Part shown: positions 38,286 to 48,696 of the stretch, in pieces
Layout: each line of letters opens with the position of its first letter
Numbering within the stretch: the stretch's first letter is position 1
Source of the DNA: an uncultured Eubacteriales bacterium
GTDB lineage: Bacteria; Bacillota; Clostridia; Oscillospirales; Acutalibacteraceae
DNA length: 64,000 nucleotides
Assembly (NCBI GenBank): GCA_964406705.1
Contig: CAYOSS010000001.1
Location: 28,903-92,902, forward strand
Direction: 5' to 3'
Made by a program: the position numbers and the translations under genes
Notes under the pieces: model-generated
The model's input: only the letters and a program-made list of their open reading frames with translations
What the model was told of the DNA's origin: nothing
The model's database searches: none

Positions 38286-40176
38286 GGCTTTTCCCTCTTT
38301 TCCTGGGCCCGGGGCGAGGCTTCTGCAGCTCGAAGTAGAGCACGCTCATCCCGGGGATATCGAGCACAACGGACTGATCGTAGCCGTGCATCGGCACGGG
38401 CTCGCTTTTAACTTTAAGCGCGGACTTGGGGGTCTTGCCGCCGAAAACCTCCCAATCGGTACTGAAGATAAGCTTTAACGTCCCGGCGGGCGAGCCCACG
38501 CGGTAGCCGTACCTCGCCACGGGGACAAAGTTGCACACACAAATAACCTCGTCGCCGTTTTTGGCTATCCGACGGAAGGCGATTACACTCTGCGTGTTGT
38601 CGTCGTGCGACATCCAGGAGAACCCGTCCCATGAGAAGTCGTTTTCCCAGAGAGCCGGGGTTTTGAGATAAAGCCTGTTGAGGCAGCGGGTGAACTCCTG
38701 CGTCGCGGAATGCTTCGGGTAATCGAGCAGGAACCAGTCAAGCTCCTTCTCGTAATTCCACTCCGAGAACTGCGCGAACTCCTGCCCCATAAAGAGGAGC
38801 ATTTTGCCGGGATGGGCGGTCGCGTAGGCGTAGAAAGCCCGCAGCGACGCGAATTTCTGGTCGTAGTCGCCCGACATCTTGTCGATCATCGACCGTTTGC
38901 CGTGTACCACCTCGTCGTGCGATACGGGGAGGATAAAGTTTTCCGAAAAGGCGTAGAAGAACGAAAATGTAAGGTTGCCGTGATTGTACTTGCGGCTGAG
39001 CGGGTCGAGGGACATATACTTCAGCATATCGTTCATCCAGCCCATATTCCACTTGAAGTTAAAGCCCAAGCCCCCAATATCGCAGGGCTTGGTGACAAGG
39101 GGCCAGGCGGTGGATTCCTCCGCTATCATCATTATTTTCGGGAAGCGGCGAAAGATTTCCGTGTTGAGCCGCCGCAGGAAGTCCACGGCCTCCAAATTTT
39201 CCTTACCGCCGAACTTGTTGGGGAGCCATTCCCCGTCGCGCCGGTTGTAGTCGAGGTAGAGCATCGACGCCACGGCGTCCACCCGAAGGCCGTCCGCGTG
39301 GTAAACCTCCGGCCAGAAGCAGGCCGAGCTTACAAGAAAGGACACGACTTCCGGCTTGCCGTAGTCGAACACGCAGGTGCCCCACTCCTTATGCTCTCCC
39401 TTGCGCGGGTCGGCGTACTCGTAGCAGGGCGAGCCGTCGAAGCGGTAGAGTCCGAACGCGTCCTTGGGGAAGTGGGCCGGCACCCAGTCGAATATCACCC
39501 CAATCCCGTTCTGGTGGAGAATATCCACGAATTTCATAAGGTCGAACGGGCTGCCGTACCTCGCGGTAGGGGCGAAGTACCCCGACACCTGGTAGCCCCA
39601 CGAGCCCTCGAACGGGTGCTCCATCACCGGCATAAGCTCGACATGAGTGTAGTCCATCCTCTTGACGTATCGCGCCAAAAGGGGGGCTATCTCGGTGTAG
39701 GAATAGACCGAGCCGTCCGGGCGTCGCCGCCAGGAGCCGAGATGGACCTCGTAGATGTTCACGGGCGAGGAATAAATATCGCGGGCGGCGGTCTGCTCCC
39801 GCCACTCGGAATCGCCCCACTCGTAGCCGGAAAGCTCGCGGACAATCGACGCGTTGCCGGGGGGCAGCTCGGAGCACACGGCGTAAGGATCCGCCTTGTA
39901 AAACGTCTCGTCGGATGCCGATGTGATCTTATATTTGTAACGGGCGAGGTCGGGGACGCCGCTCACCTTCGAGGTGAAGATCCCGCCCTCGTTTTTCATC
40001 GCGACGCCGTCGTCCCAGCCGCAGAAATCGCCCGTCAGAGCGACCGACCGGGCTCCCGGCGCCCACACCCGGAAGACGGTCTTATCCCCCTCGCGGTGAG
40101 CTCCGAAGAAATTATAGGCGTCACTCAAGTACCCGCCGTGGAACGCCGCTAATATTTCCGCCTTGCCGCCGCGCAT
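38272..40176 (-). CDS. glgB: 1,4-alpha-glucan branching enzyme
   Basis: GH13 blocks ([33 protein letters not shown]). Trimmed to the ATG at 40176. SD GGAGG lies 8 nt upstream, and the promoter lies inside the longer ORF. Confidence 0.9.
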   Translation of the reverse strand: MRGGKAEILAAFHGGYLSDAYNFFGAHREGDKTVFRVWAPGARSVALTGDFCGWDDGVAMKNEGGIFTSKVSGVPDLARYKYKITSASDETFYKADPYAVCSELPPGNASIVRELSGYEWGDSEWREQTAARDIYSSPVNIYEVHLGSWRRRPDGSVYSYTEIAPLLARYVKRMDYTHVELMPVMEHPFEGSWGYQVSGYFAPTARYGSPFDLMKFVDILHQNGIGVIFDWVPAHFPKDAFGLYRFDGSPCYEYADPRKGEHKEWGTCVFDYGKPEVVSFLVSSACFWPEVYHADGLRVDAVASMLYLDYNRRDGEWLPNKFGGKENLEAVDFLRRLNTEIFRRFPKIMMIAEESTAWPLVTKPCDIGGLGFNFKWNMGWMNDMLKYMSLDPLSRKYNHGNLTFSFFYAFSENFILPVSHDEVVHGKRSMIDKMSGDYDQKFASLRAFYAYATAHPGKMLLFMGQEFAQFSEWNYEKELDWFLLDYPKHSATQEFTRCLNRLYLKTPALWENDFSWDGFSWMSHDDNTQSVIAFRRIAKNGDEVICVCNFVPVARYGYRVGSPAGTLKLIFSTDWEVFGGKTPKSALKVKSEPVPMHGYDQSVVLDIPGMSVLYFELQKPRPGPRKRGKSLEEE

Positions 40177-40237
40177 CGCCCGCACCTCCGTATTCTCCCG
40201 GAATGCCGCTTTAGGACGCGGCACCCCTTTTGAACCC

Positions 40238-40266
40238 ATTATATCATATAAATATGAGAGTTTCAA
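40238..40266 (-). promoter_or_regulatory. Sigma-A promoter of glgBCDA
   Basis: On the minus strand: TTGAAA, 17 nt, TATAAT. Confidence 0.65.
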
Positions 40267-40544
40267 GCAATCTTTTGCATTTTCGGCGGCGCGGCACAAA
40301 AAATTTTGTGCTAAATTTTGGTATTTTCTCACAAATGTACTCTGACGCATATAGCAAGGCAGTAAAAAGCGCCGGCTCGCGACCGACGCCCTACATAATA
40401 CCCGAGATACCCGGGACTGATTCGCGGCGGCTTACAGCGCTATCGGAGGCTGAGACTCCGCCTGCTCCGCGCACTTTTTTGATAACGGACGATCCGGATG
40501 AACCGTGACGGGGACCATAATCCCAGAAATTTTTGAAATTTTTC

Positions 40545-40573
40545 TTGACAAACCGCTCGTGAAATGCTACAAT
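40545..40573 (+). promoter_or_regulatory. Sigma-A promoter of the secreted 3D-like protein gene
   Basis: TTGACA, 17 nt, TACAAT. It lies inside track ORF 40505..41407, which forces a downstream start. Confidence 0.65.
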
Positions 40574-40657
40574 CTTGTAACAGAAGTTATTTTTGATTAC
40601 ACGGCACCTCCGAAATACCGGCCGTGTAGAGAAAATCTCAGTAGAATAGGTGATTTT

Positions 40658-41407
40658 TTGATAGCACGAATTAAGGTCATCGCGCTGAGGGCGCTCGCGC
40701 TGCTTGTCTGCGTGGGAGCGTCCTTCGGCGTGGCGGGGGCGGTCAGGGCTGACAGGCTGTCCACCGCCGAGACTGCTTCCCCGGAGTCAGAAGTATCGTC
40801 TAAGTCGTCATATTCCGCGAAAAAGACCGGCATTTCCGAAGCCAGAGTTTCGTCCGAGGTTGAGGCGGAGGCCGCCGAGAGCGCGCTGTCGTCCGCGCCG
40901 GACTCCGAAATCCCTCCCGAGTGCCTGATCCCGGAAGCTCCCGTGTCATCCGAGCAGCCCGCTCCTCCCGCCGAGACGCCGGTTGTCCCGTCGGTCGAGG
41001 CGACGCCGGAGCCTCCCGTCGAGAGTCAGCCCGCTCCCGCCGAGCCTCCCGCGCCGGCACCCTCCGAGCCTTCGGTAGAGCCGCCCGTAAGCTCCTACAC
41101 GGAGCCCCAGCCCGCGCCGCCCGAGGTCTACTACACACCCTGGGAGTTTAAATATAAAGGTGTTATCAGGTGGAACGACTGGCGTTGGACCTGGTACAGC
41201 GAGAAAGTGCTCCCCGGGCGCGGCCTCAAGATCCCCGGGCGGCATAACGACGAGAACGGCTACGTTTGCGACGGCGACGGCTATATTTGCCTGTCCTCGT
41301 CCGACCTGCCTCGCGGCACGGTCCTCGACACCCCCTTCGGCAAACAGGGCAAAATCTACGACACCGGCTGCCCGCACGGGACGATAGACGTTTATGTCGC
41401 GTGGTGA
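40658..41407 (+). CDS. Secreted protein with a Pro-rich linker and a C-terminal 3D/DPBB-like domain (putative cell-wall-acting enzyme)
   Basis: TTG start after AGGTGA. Signal-like segment IKVIALRALALLVCVGASFGVAGA and a PAPxEPP linker. The C-terminus, WTWYSE...IPGRHNDENGYVCDGDGYICL...GKIYDTGCPHGTIDVYV, resembles 3D-domain proteins. Confidence 0.5.
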   Translation: MIARIKVIALRALALLVCVGASFGVAGAVRADRLSTAETASPESEVSSKSSYSAKKTGISEARVSSEVEAEAAESALSSAPDSEIPPECLIPEAPVSSEQPAPPAETPVVPSVEATPEPPVESQPAPAEPPAPAPSEPSVEPPVSSYTEPQPAPPEVYYTPWEFKYKGVIRWNDWRWTWYSEKVLPGRGLKIPGRHNDENGYVCDGDGYICLSSSDLPRGTVLDTPFGKQGKIYDTGCPHGTIDVYVAW

Positions 41408-41474
41408 GCTAAAAGCGTGAGATGGATAAAACATGCGCCTCGCGGGAGCGGGGCGCCTTGATTTTTGAACGCAA

Positions 41475-44333
41475 TTATATATAATCGACCGTTCCCAGCC
41501 CGCACCCTTCCACAGCGCCGCGCTCTCCCACGACGCAGTAGCCAACTTTATCGGGGGTCGGCACGCTTTCGCATAGGGAGAGCAGCTTCTCCGGCGTGGC
41601 GGAAAGGGCCTCCGTTCTGAAGCGCAGCAAATCGGAGTAGCTGTAGCCGGCAAAGCGCAGGGTATCGGCGAAATCCGCCTTTTCGGGCGGGGTGCGGTAC
41701 GGCTCGAGACCGGCCAGGGTGCCGAGGATTATCCCGTCAAGGTCGGGCGCGGTCGAGAGGTATTCCCGCAGGAAGTCTCCAGCCCGCCTTAACGTGTCGA
41801 GCGAGTTTGCCGGTTTGGGGTCACGGTAGGTGTAGAAGGTCATTATCCCGTCGCGGCTGACCCTGAGCCCCGTGCCGTACGCCCCGCCCTTGACGCGCAC
41901 CTCCTGCCAGAAGTACTGCAGCGTCAGAAGTTTGGACAGCACGGCGTAAAGCCCTGTGTACCGTCCGGGAATTTTGGCGGATGCTCCCGCGAAAGCTACC
42001 GACGCGGGGGTCACTATACCGAAAGAAACGGCCGCGTGTGAGAGCCGTGTCGCGGTATCGCCCGGATCCTCGCCGGGGAACGCGCCGGCTAACTTCTCCG
42101 CAAAAGCGCGGTCCGCCTTGCCCGAGAGAGATACGACGGGCAGTGACGCGGCGAAAAGAGCGTCCCTCGCGGCGAAAAGCCCGTCGCGCAGCGCCGGGAA
42201 GCACTCGTCAAAGCTATCCGCGAGGGATTTTATAAACCTGTAGTAGCTCACTCCCCCGGTGAGCTCCACAGCCACGCCGGACGCCGAAACGCCCGACATA
42301 GCGCCCGCCAGCGCCGCCCCGTTGCCCTCCTCCACAATGCCGAGCCTCAGATCCTCGGCCTGCTGGAGAACGAGCGTTCTCACCCGCTCGCGGTCGGAAA
42401 AGTCCGTGGTGAGGAGGATTTCGCGCAGCAGCTCCAACATACCGGGCCTCTTGGCGTCGAGGCAGCTCGCCGCCACCCTTACACGGACGCGGCACAGTTC
42501 GTCGTCCGCTTTGTCTTGGTTTATCATTACGGACGCGCTGAAGGAGCCAAGCCCGCCGTTTACCGCCCGACGGAGCTCCTGCGCGGTGTAATTCGCGGTG
42601 GGCAAATCCCCCAACAGGGAACAAAGGAGCGTGGCGACCTGCAGCCCTCGCTGGTCAAGCCCCCCCGCGGGGAAGAAGAGCCGCGCGTATGTGATACCCC
42701 GAGCGGGTATATCGTGCAATATCACCCGATTATCAATTTCGGTGGGTACCTCGGGTTCCGGGTCCCCCACATCGGCGAGTGACAGCCGGGGAATGCTCGC
42801 TATAGCCTCCGGCGAGTCGGGCTCGGCCTGCGCCCGGCGCAATACCTCGTAGCGGCGGTTCACTTCCGCCAAGCGTTCCTCGCTGAACCCGCCGACCTCG
42901 CGGCTTACCGCCTCCGCCTCCGCGCGTGCCGCCTTCTTTTCAAAATCCTTATCCGGGCGAAGAGTCACCAGAGCGTCCCCGCCGCGCCTGCCCGCGAGCT
43001 CCCCGCAAAGCCTCTCAAAATAGCCCTCTTTGGCAAGCCCCCGCACGCGGCGCAATGTTTCAAGCCCGTTTAGCCCATCCATCGGGTCGCCGCCGTAATT
43101 CCACACCTCCAGAGCCGAAAGCGCTATATCCACGCCCGGGGTAGCCCATCCCGCGCTTTGCTCTCTTAAGTGAAACTCAAGATTATCGAGGAGTGCGTCC
43201 ACACGCCCACGGTCAACGCCCTTTGCCGCGTCAAGCAGCACCCGCCGCGTGATTTCCGCTATTTCTTCCTTGTGCTCCGCGTCAGTCCCCCGGACGACGA
43301 CATGCAGGTTCGGCTGAGCGGTATCGCTGTTAAGGGCAATCTCCACGTCCTGCCCTACACCCGCGTCAAGAACGGCGCGGGTCAGCGGCGCGTCGTTGCC
43401 GTCGGTCAGGTAATCCGAAAGCACTTTCGCCGCCATAAGCTTTTCTCGCTCGCTGTAGTCGCATAGCAGCCACCCCTGCGCTATGATCCCGTTTTGCTCC
43501 TCCACGCCGCCCGGCGCGGGGCAGGGGATCTCGCTCTCGCGGTGGGGCAGGGGGGACTGCCGCGCTATGGTAAAGTCAAGATCTTTCCTCTCGAATTTTG
43601 CCAGATATTCGCCGTCGATTATGCCGAGGATTTTTTCTATCGGCATATCCCCGTCAAGAAATATCAGCGCGTTGGACGGGTGGTAAAATCTTCTGTGCGT
43701 CTCGGTGAATTTCTCCCAGGTGAGGGAGGGTATGGAGTCCGGGCGGCCGCCCGAGACAAACCCGTAGCAGGTATCGGGGTAGAGAAGCCGCCCCGCCTCG
43801 CAGTACATCAGCTCATCCGGGGAGGAGAAAGCCCCCTTCATTTCGCTGAGCACCACGCCGCTGCGAACATATCCCCCGCCGGGCGCCGGCTCGTAGTGCC
43901 ACCCCTCCTGGTCGAATATCTCGGGCGAGGAGTATATCCGGGGGAAGAAGACCGCGTCGAGGTACACGCGGGTGAGATTCTCGAAGTCTGCCTCATTCCG
44001 GCTGGAGACGGGGTAGCAGGTCTTGTCCGGGAAGGTCAGCGCGTTTAGGAAGGTTTGAAGGGAGCTTTTCAACAGCTCCACAAACGGCTCCTTCGCGGGG
44101 TACCGCCGCGAGCCGTTCAGCACCGAATGCTCCAAAATGTGAAACACCCCGGTATCGTCTTCCGGCACGGTGCGGAACGACACGCAGAAAGTCTTATTGC
44201 TCTCGTTCCTCTTCAGCCAGCAGAGCTTAGCCCCCGAGCCCGCGTGCTCCATTTCGTAAAGGGTGCCGTCGTACTCGGCGGCGGGCCGGACGCGCGTCAC
44301 GGTGAACCCGTGGATTACATCGTTTACATTCAT
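41475..44333 (-). CDS. Insulinase-family (M16C, PreP-like) zinc metallopeptidase
   Basis: Inverted zinc motif HILEH followed by ...E. About 950 aa. Trimmed to the ATG at 44333, after SD AGGAG. Confidence 0.8.
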   Translation of the reverse strand: MNVNDVIHGFTVTRVRPAAEYDGTLYEMEHAGSGAKLCWLKRNESNKTFCVSFRTVPEDDTGVFHILEHSVLNGSRRYPAKEPFVELLKSSLQTFLNALTFPDKTCYPVSSRNEADFENLTRVYLDAVFFPRIYSSPEIFDQEGWHYEPAPGGGYVRSGVVLSEMKGAFSSPDELMYCEAGRLLYPDTCYGFVSGGRPDSIPSLTWEKFTETHRRFYHPSNALIFLDGDMPIEKILGIIDGEYLAKFERKDLDFTIARQSPLPHRESEIPCPAPGGVEEQNGIIAQGWLLCDYSEREKLMAAKVLSDYLTDGNDAPLTRAVLDAGVGQDVEIALNSDTAQPNLHVVVRGTDAEHKEEIAEITRRVLLDAAKGVDRGRVDALLDNLEFHLREQSAGWATPGVDIALSALEVWNYGGDPMDGLNGLETLRRVRGLAKEGYFERLCGELAGRRGGDALVTLRPDKDFEKKAARAEAEAVSREVGGFSEERLAEVNRRYEVLRRAQAEPDSPEAIASIPRLSLADVGDPEPEVPTEIDNRVILHDIPARGITYARLFFPAGGLDQRGLQVATLLCSLLGDLPTANYTAQELRRAVNGGLGSFSASVMINQDKADDELCRVRVRVAASCLDAKRPGMLELLREILLTTDFSDRERVRTLVLQQAEDLRLGIVEEGNGAALAGAMSGVSASGVAVELTGGVSYYRFIKSLADSFDECFPALRDGLFAARDALFAASLPVVSLSGKADRAFAEKLAGAFPGEDPGDTATRLSHAAVSFGIVTPASVAFAGASAKIPGRYTGLYAVLSKLLTLQYFWQEVRVKGGAYGTGLRVSRDGIMTFYTYRDPKPANSLDTLRRAGDFLREYLSTAPDLDGIILGTLAGLEPYRTPPEKADFADTLRFAGYSYSDLLRFRTEALSATPEKLLSLCESVPTPDKVGYCVVGERGAVEGCGLGTVDYI

Positions 44334-44353
44334 CTGAATTTGCTCCTCTTGCC

Positions 44354-45709
44354 CTAATTTTTTAGCGCCTGAAGCGGCGCGGGGATCCGCCCCCCTCGCG
44401 CGATAAAGCGGGAATTGTCCACCCGGCTGACCCTCATCACGGGGCCCCCGCCGAGCAGCCCGCCAAATTCCAGCGTGTCCCCGGCAGACTTGCCTATCGC
44501 GGGAATGACGCGCACCGCCGTGGTTTTGCCGTTCACCATACCGATGGCCGCCTCGTCCGCTATTATCCCGGAGATCACGCTGTCCGGGGTGTCTCCCGGA
44601 ATACATATCATATCGAGCCCCACAGAGCAGACCGCGGTCATAGCTTCAAGTTTTTCTATAGTGAGCGACCCGCTCCGGGCGGCGTCGACCATTCCCGCGT
44701 CCTCTGTCACGGGGATAAACGCGCCGGAGAGCCCCCCGACGCGTGAGGACGCCATCACTCCGCCCTTCTTCACCGCGTCGTTGAGAAGGGCCAGCGCCGC
44801 AGTAGTCCCGCAAGCCCCCGTTTGCCGGAGCCCCATCTCCTCCAGTATGTGCGCGACGGAATCCCCCACGGCGGGGGTGGGCGCGAGGGAGAGATCCACA
44901 ATGCCGAAAGGGATCCCCAGCCTCCGGGAAGCCTCTTCCGCGACCAACTGCCCCACGCGGGTGATCTTGAAGGCGGTCTTCTTAACCACCTCCGCCACGC
45001 CGGTAAAATCGAGACCCTCCGTCGCCGCGAGAGCGGCCCTGACCGCCCCGGGACCCGACACCCCGACGTTTATCACGCTTTCTCCCTCGCCAACGCCGTG
45101 GAACGCCCCCGCCATAAAGGGGTTATCCTCCGGTGCGTTGCAGAACACCACCAACTTCGCCGCCCCGACGCAGTTTTGCCCGCGTGTGAGCAGCGCGGTT
45201 TGGTTTATTATAGCACCCATCCCGGCGACGGCGTCCATATTTATCCCGGCGCGGGTGGAGCCTACATTCACCGACGCGCACACCCGCTCCGTAGAGGACA
45301 GCGCGCGGGGAATGCTCGCTATCAGCGCCTCGTCCGCCGGGGTAGTGCCCTTTTGCACGAGGGCTGAATACCCGCCTATGAAGTTTACCCCGACTGCGCC
45401 CGCCGCCCTATCGAGAGTTAGCGCGTACTCGACCGGGTCCCCGCCGCTCGCGCCGCAAAGCAGGGAAATAGGGGTCACCGCGACGCGCTTGTTGATAATC
45501 GGAATGCCGTACTTTTTCTGTATCTCGTCACACACCGGCACCAGCCGCTCGGCGGTTCGCGTCACCTTGTCGTACACCTTGCCCGTGGCGCGGGTTATGT
45601 CTCCGTCGGCGCAGTCGAGCAGGGAAACGCCCACCGTCACCGTACGGATATCGAGGTGTTCCTCCTCAATCATCCTCACGGTCTCTAAAATATCGTGTGT
45701 ATTATACAT
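44354..45709 (-). CDS. UPF0210 (DUF711) family protein
   Basis: N-terminus [27 protein letters not shown]. It has the characteristic pairing with an upstream small ACT protein. Confidence 0.75.
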   Translation of the reverse strand: MYNTHDILETVRMIEEEHLDIRTVTVGVSLLDCADGDITRATGKVYDKVTRTAERLVPVCDEIQKKYGIPIINKRVAVTPISLLCGASGGDPVEYALTLDRAAGAVGVNFIGGYSALVQKGTTPADEALIASIPRALSSTERVCASVNVGSTRAGINMDAVAGMGAIINQTALLTRGQNCVGAAKLVVFCNAPEDNPFMAGAFHGVGEGESVINVGVSGPGAVRAALAATEGLDFTGVAEVVKKTAFKITRVGQLVAEEASRRLGIPFGIVDLSLAPTPAVGDSVAHILEEMGLRQTGACGTTAALALLNDAVKKGGVMASSRVGGLSGAFIPVTEDAGMVDAARSGSLTIEKLEAMTAVCSVGLDMICIPGDTPDSVISGIIADEAAIGMVNGKTTAVRVIPAIGKSAGDTLEFGGLLGGGPVMRVSRVDNSRFIARGGRIPAPLQALKN

Positions 45710-45723
45710 CCTTCTCCTCCGGG

Positions 45724-45993
45724 TTAAACCGTGTGCATCGCGTTAAATATATCCTCGTGCATCACTGTGCCGGAAAGCCCCATTTCCCGCAGCATCGCGG
45801 TCACGGAGTCGGAGAACTGCGAGAAGCTGCAGGTCATCGCGTCTATATCGCAGAGCATAATCATGCAAAAGAGGTCGCGAAGGATAGTCTGCGTCACGTC
45901 GCAAATGTTCACATTGTGCTCCGCGCATTTGGAGGACACTTTGGCGAGTATCCCCACGGTGTCCTTGCCCACTACCGTCAATACGGCTCTCAT
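45724..45993 (-). CDS. ACT-domain protein (UPF0237)
   Basis: [20 protein letters not shown]. Trimmed to the ATG at 45993, after GGGGGTG. Confidence 0.75.
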   Translation of the reverse strand: MRAVLTVVGKDTVGILAKVSSKCAEHNVNICDVTQTILRDLFCMIMLCDIDAMTCSFSQFSDSVTAMLREMGLSGTVMHEDIFNAMHTV

Positions 45994-46118
45994 AATCACA
46001 CCCCCATAAATGCAGTATAGCATAAATTCGCCAAAATGTAAACCTCGGGGTGGAAATTCGCCGCGGAATGTGGTATTATAACGTCGGGGCGGATTTACAC
46101 TAACCGAGGAGGGTCATT

Positions 46119-46601
46119 ATGAACCGGGAAATACTGAAGCATTTAGCCGAAAACGCGCGTTACACCGCGGCGGATCTCGCCGTGATGTGCGGGCTCGCGG
46201 AGGACGAGGTCAAGGCTGAAATAGCGGAAATGGAGCGGTCGGGGCTGATACGCGGCTACAAGGCCGTCATAGACTGGGAGAAACTGGACAGCGCGAAGGT
46301 GTCCGCGATTATAGAGCTGAAAGTCACCCCCGAGCCGGACAACGGTTTCGAGAAGTTCGCTGAGAAAATCAAGGCGTACCCAGAAGTGGAGAGCGTCTAT
46401 CTAATGTCGGGCTCCTATGACTTCAGCGTCGTGGTCAAGGCGAAGACTTTTCAGGAGGTTTGTATGTTCGTGGCCAAATGTCTCGCGCCCATGAAGGGAG
46501 TGACATCCACCGCCACTCATTTTGTCCTGCGCCGATACAAGGAGCTCGATATTGATTTGGTAGCGGGTTCCCCGGACGATAGGAGGAAAATCTCCCTATG
46601 A
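46119..46601 (+). CDS. Lrp/AsnC family transcriptional regulator
   Basis: N-terminal HTH (LKHLAENARYTAADLAVMCGLAEDEVKAEIAEMERSGLIRGY) and a RAM-like C-terminus. Confidence 0.8.
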   Translation: MNREILKHLAENARYTAADLAVMCGLAEDEVKAEIAEMERSGLIRGYKAVIDWEKLDSAKVSAIIELKVTPEPDNGFEKFAEKIKAYPEVESVYLMSGSYDFSVVVKAKTFQEVCMFVAKCLAPMKGVTSTATHFVLRRYKELDIDLVAGSPDDRRKISL

Positions 46602-47815
46602 TCGACTACCGGGAAATCATAAACCCCCGCGTAGCGGAAATCAAACCCTCCGGTATCAGGAAGTTCTTCGACATCGCGGAGCAAATGGACGATGTTGTGT
46701 CCCTCGGAGTGGGCGAGCCGGATTTTCTCACCCCCTGGCATATCCGGCAGTCCGCCATAGCGACGCTCGAGGCCGGTAAGACGCGCTACACCTCCAACTG
46801 GGGTCTGTTGGAGCTGCGCCGCGCCATATCTGAGTATGTTAAGAATTACACCGGCGCGGACTACAGCCCGGAGGACGAGATATTGGTGACTGTGGGCGGG
46901 AGCGAGGGGATAGACGCGGCTCTGCGGGTGTTAGTTTCCCCGGGGGACGAGGTGCTGATCCCGCAACCCAGCTTCGTCTGCTACGAGCCTTTGACCCGGC
47001 TCGCGGGAGGGGTGCCCGTGATAGTCCCCACCAGCGCGGAAAACGGGTTCCGCCTCACCCCGGAGGATATAGAGCGCGCCGTGACCCCGCGTACCTCCGT
47101 GCTGATTCTCCCGTACCCCTGCAACCCCACCGGCGCCGTGATGAGGCGCGAGGATTTGGAGAAGATCGCCGCCGTATTGGAGGGCACCAACATCGCGGTG
47201 CTGTCCGACGAGATTTACTCCGAGCTTACTTTTGGCGAGAGGCCGCACGTCTCAATAGCGGGCGTGGGCAATATGCGGGAGCGCACCGTGTTGATAAACG
47301 GTTTCTCCAAAAGCTACGCCATGACGGGCTGGCGGCTGGGTTATGCCTGCGGCCCCGCGCCCATACTGAAGCAAATGACCAAGATCCACCAGTTCGGGAT
47401 TATGAGCGCGCCCACCACCTCGCAGTACGCCGCCATCGACGCCCTGAAAAACGGGAGCGACGACATCGCCGGGATGAGGGCGGAGTACGACGACCGCCGG
47501 AAAATCATCGTGGCGGGGTTTAACGCCTTAGGTCTCACCTGTCGCGAGCCGGAGGGGACGTTTTACTCCTTCCCCTGCATAAAGTCCACCGGGATGAGCT
47601 CCGAGGAGTTCTGCGAGCGGCTGTTGATGGAGCAGCGCGTCGCGTTGGTCCCGGGGACGGCATTCGGGGAGTGCGGGGAAGGGTTCGTCCGCGCGTCCTA
47701 CTGTTACTCTCTGTCGCATATTAAGACGGCTCTCGAGCGGATCGGCGCGTTTCTCGCTACGTTGGAGAATGGGGAGGGCGGTCCGGGTGAGGATACTCGC
47801 GTTCGCCAAGCTTAA
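46598..47815 (+). CDS. Class I/II PLP-dependent aminotransferase
   Basis: Blocks SLGVGEPDF, PCNPTG and the Schiff-base Lys in NGFSKSYAMTGWRLGY. ATGA overlap with the Lrp gene. Confidence 0.85.
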   Translation: MIDYREIINPRVAEIKPSGIRKFFDIAEQMDDVVSLGVGEPDFLTPWHIRQSAIATLEAGKTRYTSNWGLLELRRAISEYVKNYTGADYSPEDEILVTVGGSEGIDAALRVLVSPGDEVLIPQPSFVCYEPLTRLAGGVPVIVPTSAENGFRLTPEDIERAVTPRTSVLILPYPCNPTGAVMRREDLEKIAAVLEGTNIAVLSDEIYSELTFGERPHVSIAGVGNMRERTVLINGFSKSYAMTGWRLGYACGPAPILKQMTKIHQFGIMSAPTTSQYAAIDALKNGSDDIAGMRAEYDDRRKIIVAGFNALGLTCREPEGTFYSFPCIKSTGMSSEEFCERLLMEQRVALVPGTAFGECGEGFVRASYCYSLSHIKTALERIGAFLATLENGEGGPGEDTRVRQA

Positions 47816-48632
47816 CCTTTCACTGCGGGTGACGGGCGTTTTGCCGGACGGCTACCATTCGCTGGAATCCGTGATGCAGTCGGTCTCACTGGCGGATATG
47901 ATCACTATCACCCCCCGCGAGGGCGAGGGCGTAACTCTGGCTTGCTCGGATCCCGCGCTTGCGGGAGAGGACAATCTCGTCGCGAGAGCTTGCGAGGCCT
48001 TTTTCGCGAGGGCGGGGCGGCGCGGCGGCTTTGATATTTACCTCGAAAAGAGGATCCCCGTGGCGGCGGGGCTCGGCGGCGGGAGCAGCGACGCCGCGGC
48101 GACGCTGAACGCCCTCAACCTGCTGTTCCGCAGCCCCCTGAAGATTTCCGAATTGGAGGACCTGGCGCTCACGGTTGGCTCCGACGTCCCATTTATGATA
48201 CGCGGCGGGTGCGCCCTGGCGCGGGGCAGGGGGGAGGAGCTGTGCCCGCTAAAGAGGGCGGTGCGCTACTATTACGTCATAGTGAAAACGGGGGAGAAGA
48301 CCTCCACGGGAGAGGCGTACGCCGAGCTGGATCGCAGAGGGCGGAGCTGCGACGCGCCCTCCCCCGATTACGAGAGACTTGTCAACGATATATCCTATTT
48401 CGGCGAGCGATCGGCGAACGATTTTGCCGAGGTAGCCCCGGCATCCTCCGCGCTTAAGGCGGATTTCTACGCGGCGGGGGCGGAAAATATAGCTCTCAGC
48501 GGCGCGGGTCCGGCGCTGTTCTCCGTGTTCCGCGACTGGAGTTCGGCGCTCGGCGCGTTTCGTTATCTGAGGGCTAAATATCCGCTCTGCTTCCTCGCGG
48601 CGGACACCTCGCGGGGTAGCCTGGTCGTGTAA
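47769..48632 (+). CDS. ispE: 4-diphosphocytidyl-2-C-methyl-D-erythritol kinase
   Basis: Blocks AFAKLNLSLRV and the GHMP motif PVAAGLGGGSSDAAA. The in-frame GTG at 47787, after GGGGAGGG, is an equally plausible start. Confidence 0.85.
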   Translation: MGRAVRVRILAFAKLNLSLRVTGVLPDGYHSLESVMQSVSLADMITITPREGEGVTLACSDPALAGEDNLVARACEAFFARAGRRGGFDIYLEKRIPVAAGLGGGSSDAAATLNALNLLFRSPLKISELEDLALTVGSDVPFMIRGGCALARGRGEELCPLKRAVRYYYVIVKTGEKTSTGEAYAELDRRGRSCDAPSPDYERLVNDISYFGERSANDFAEVAPASSALKADFYAAGAENIALSGAGPALFSVFRDWSSALGAFRYLRAKYPLCFLAADTSRGSLVV

Positions 48633-48696
48633 CACGGGCGCTGTATGGTGCGCAATTTAGTATGCTATAATAAGATAGAAAGAGGGTATTATAATT

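Noticed and set aside
38710-40152. A 480-aa + strand ORF opposite glgB. Similar cases: 44415..45746 opposite the UPF0210 gene, 17985..19130 opposite dnaG, 51465..52559 opposite GH2, 20258..21115 opposite the Rrf2/TSCPD genes.
   Set aside because: All lie antisense to genes with unambiguous family motifs. All lack SD sites and have low-complexity Arg/Pro/Gly-rich translations.
40351-40544. A GC-rich spacer of about 190 bp, including track ORF 40230..40508 (92 aa), as a possible small gene or sRNA
   Set aside because: The ORF has no SD and an implausible composition, and it spans the glg promoter. I see no convincing stable structure or terminator. It is left unexplained rather than called.
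40574-40657. c-di-AMP (ydaO-type) riboswitch ahead of the 3D-like wall-enzyme gene
   Set aside because: The leader is only about 85 nt with a single simple hairpin. The known class needs a much larger pseudo-symmetric fold, and I recognise no conserved ACGGGGA-type blocks.
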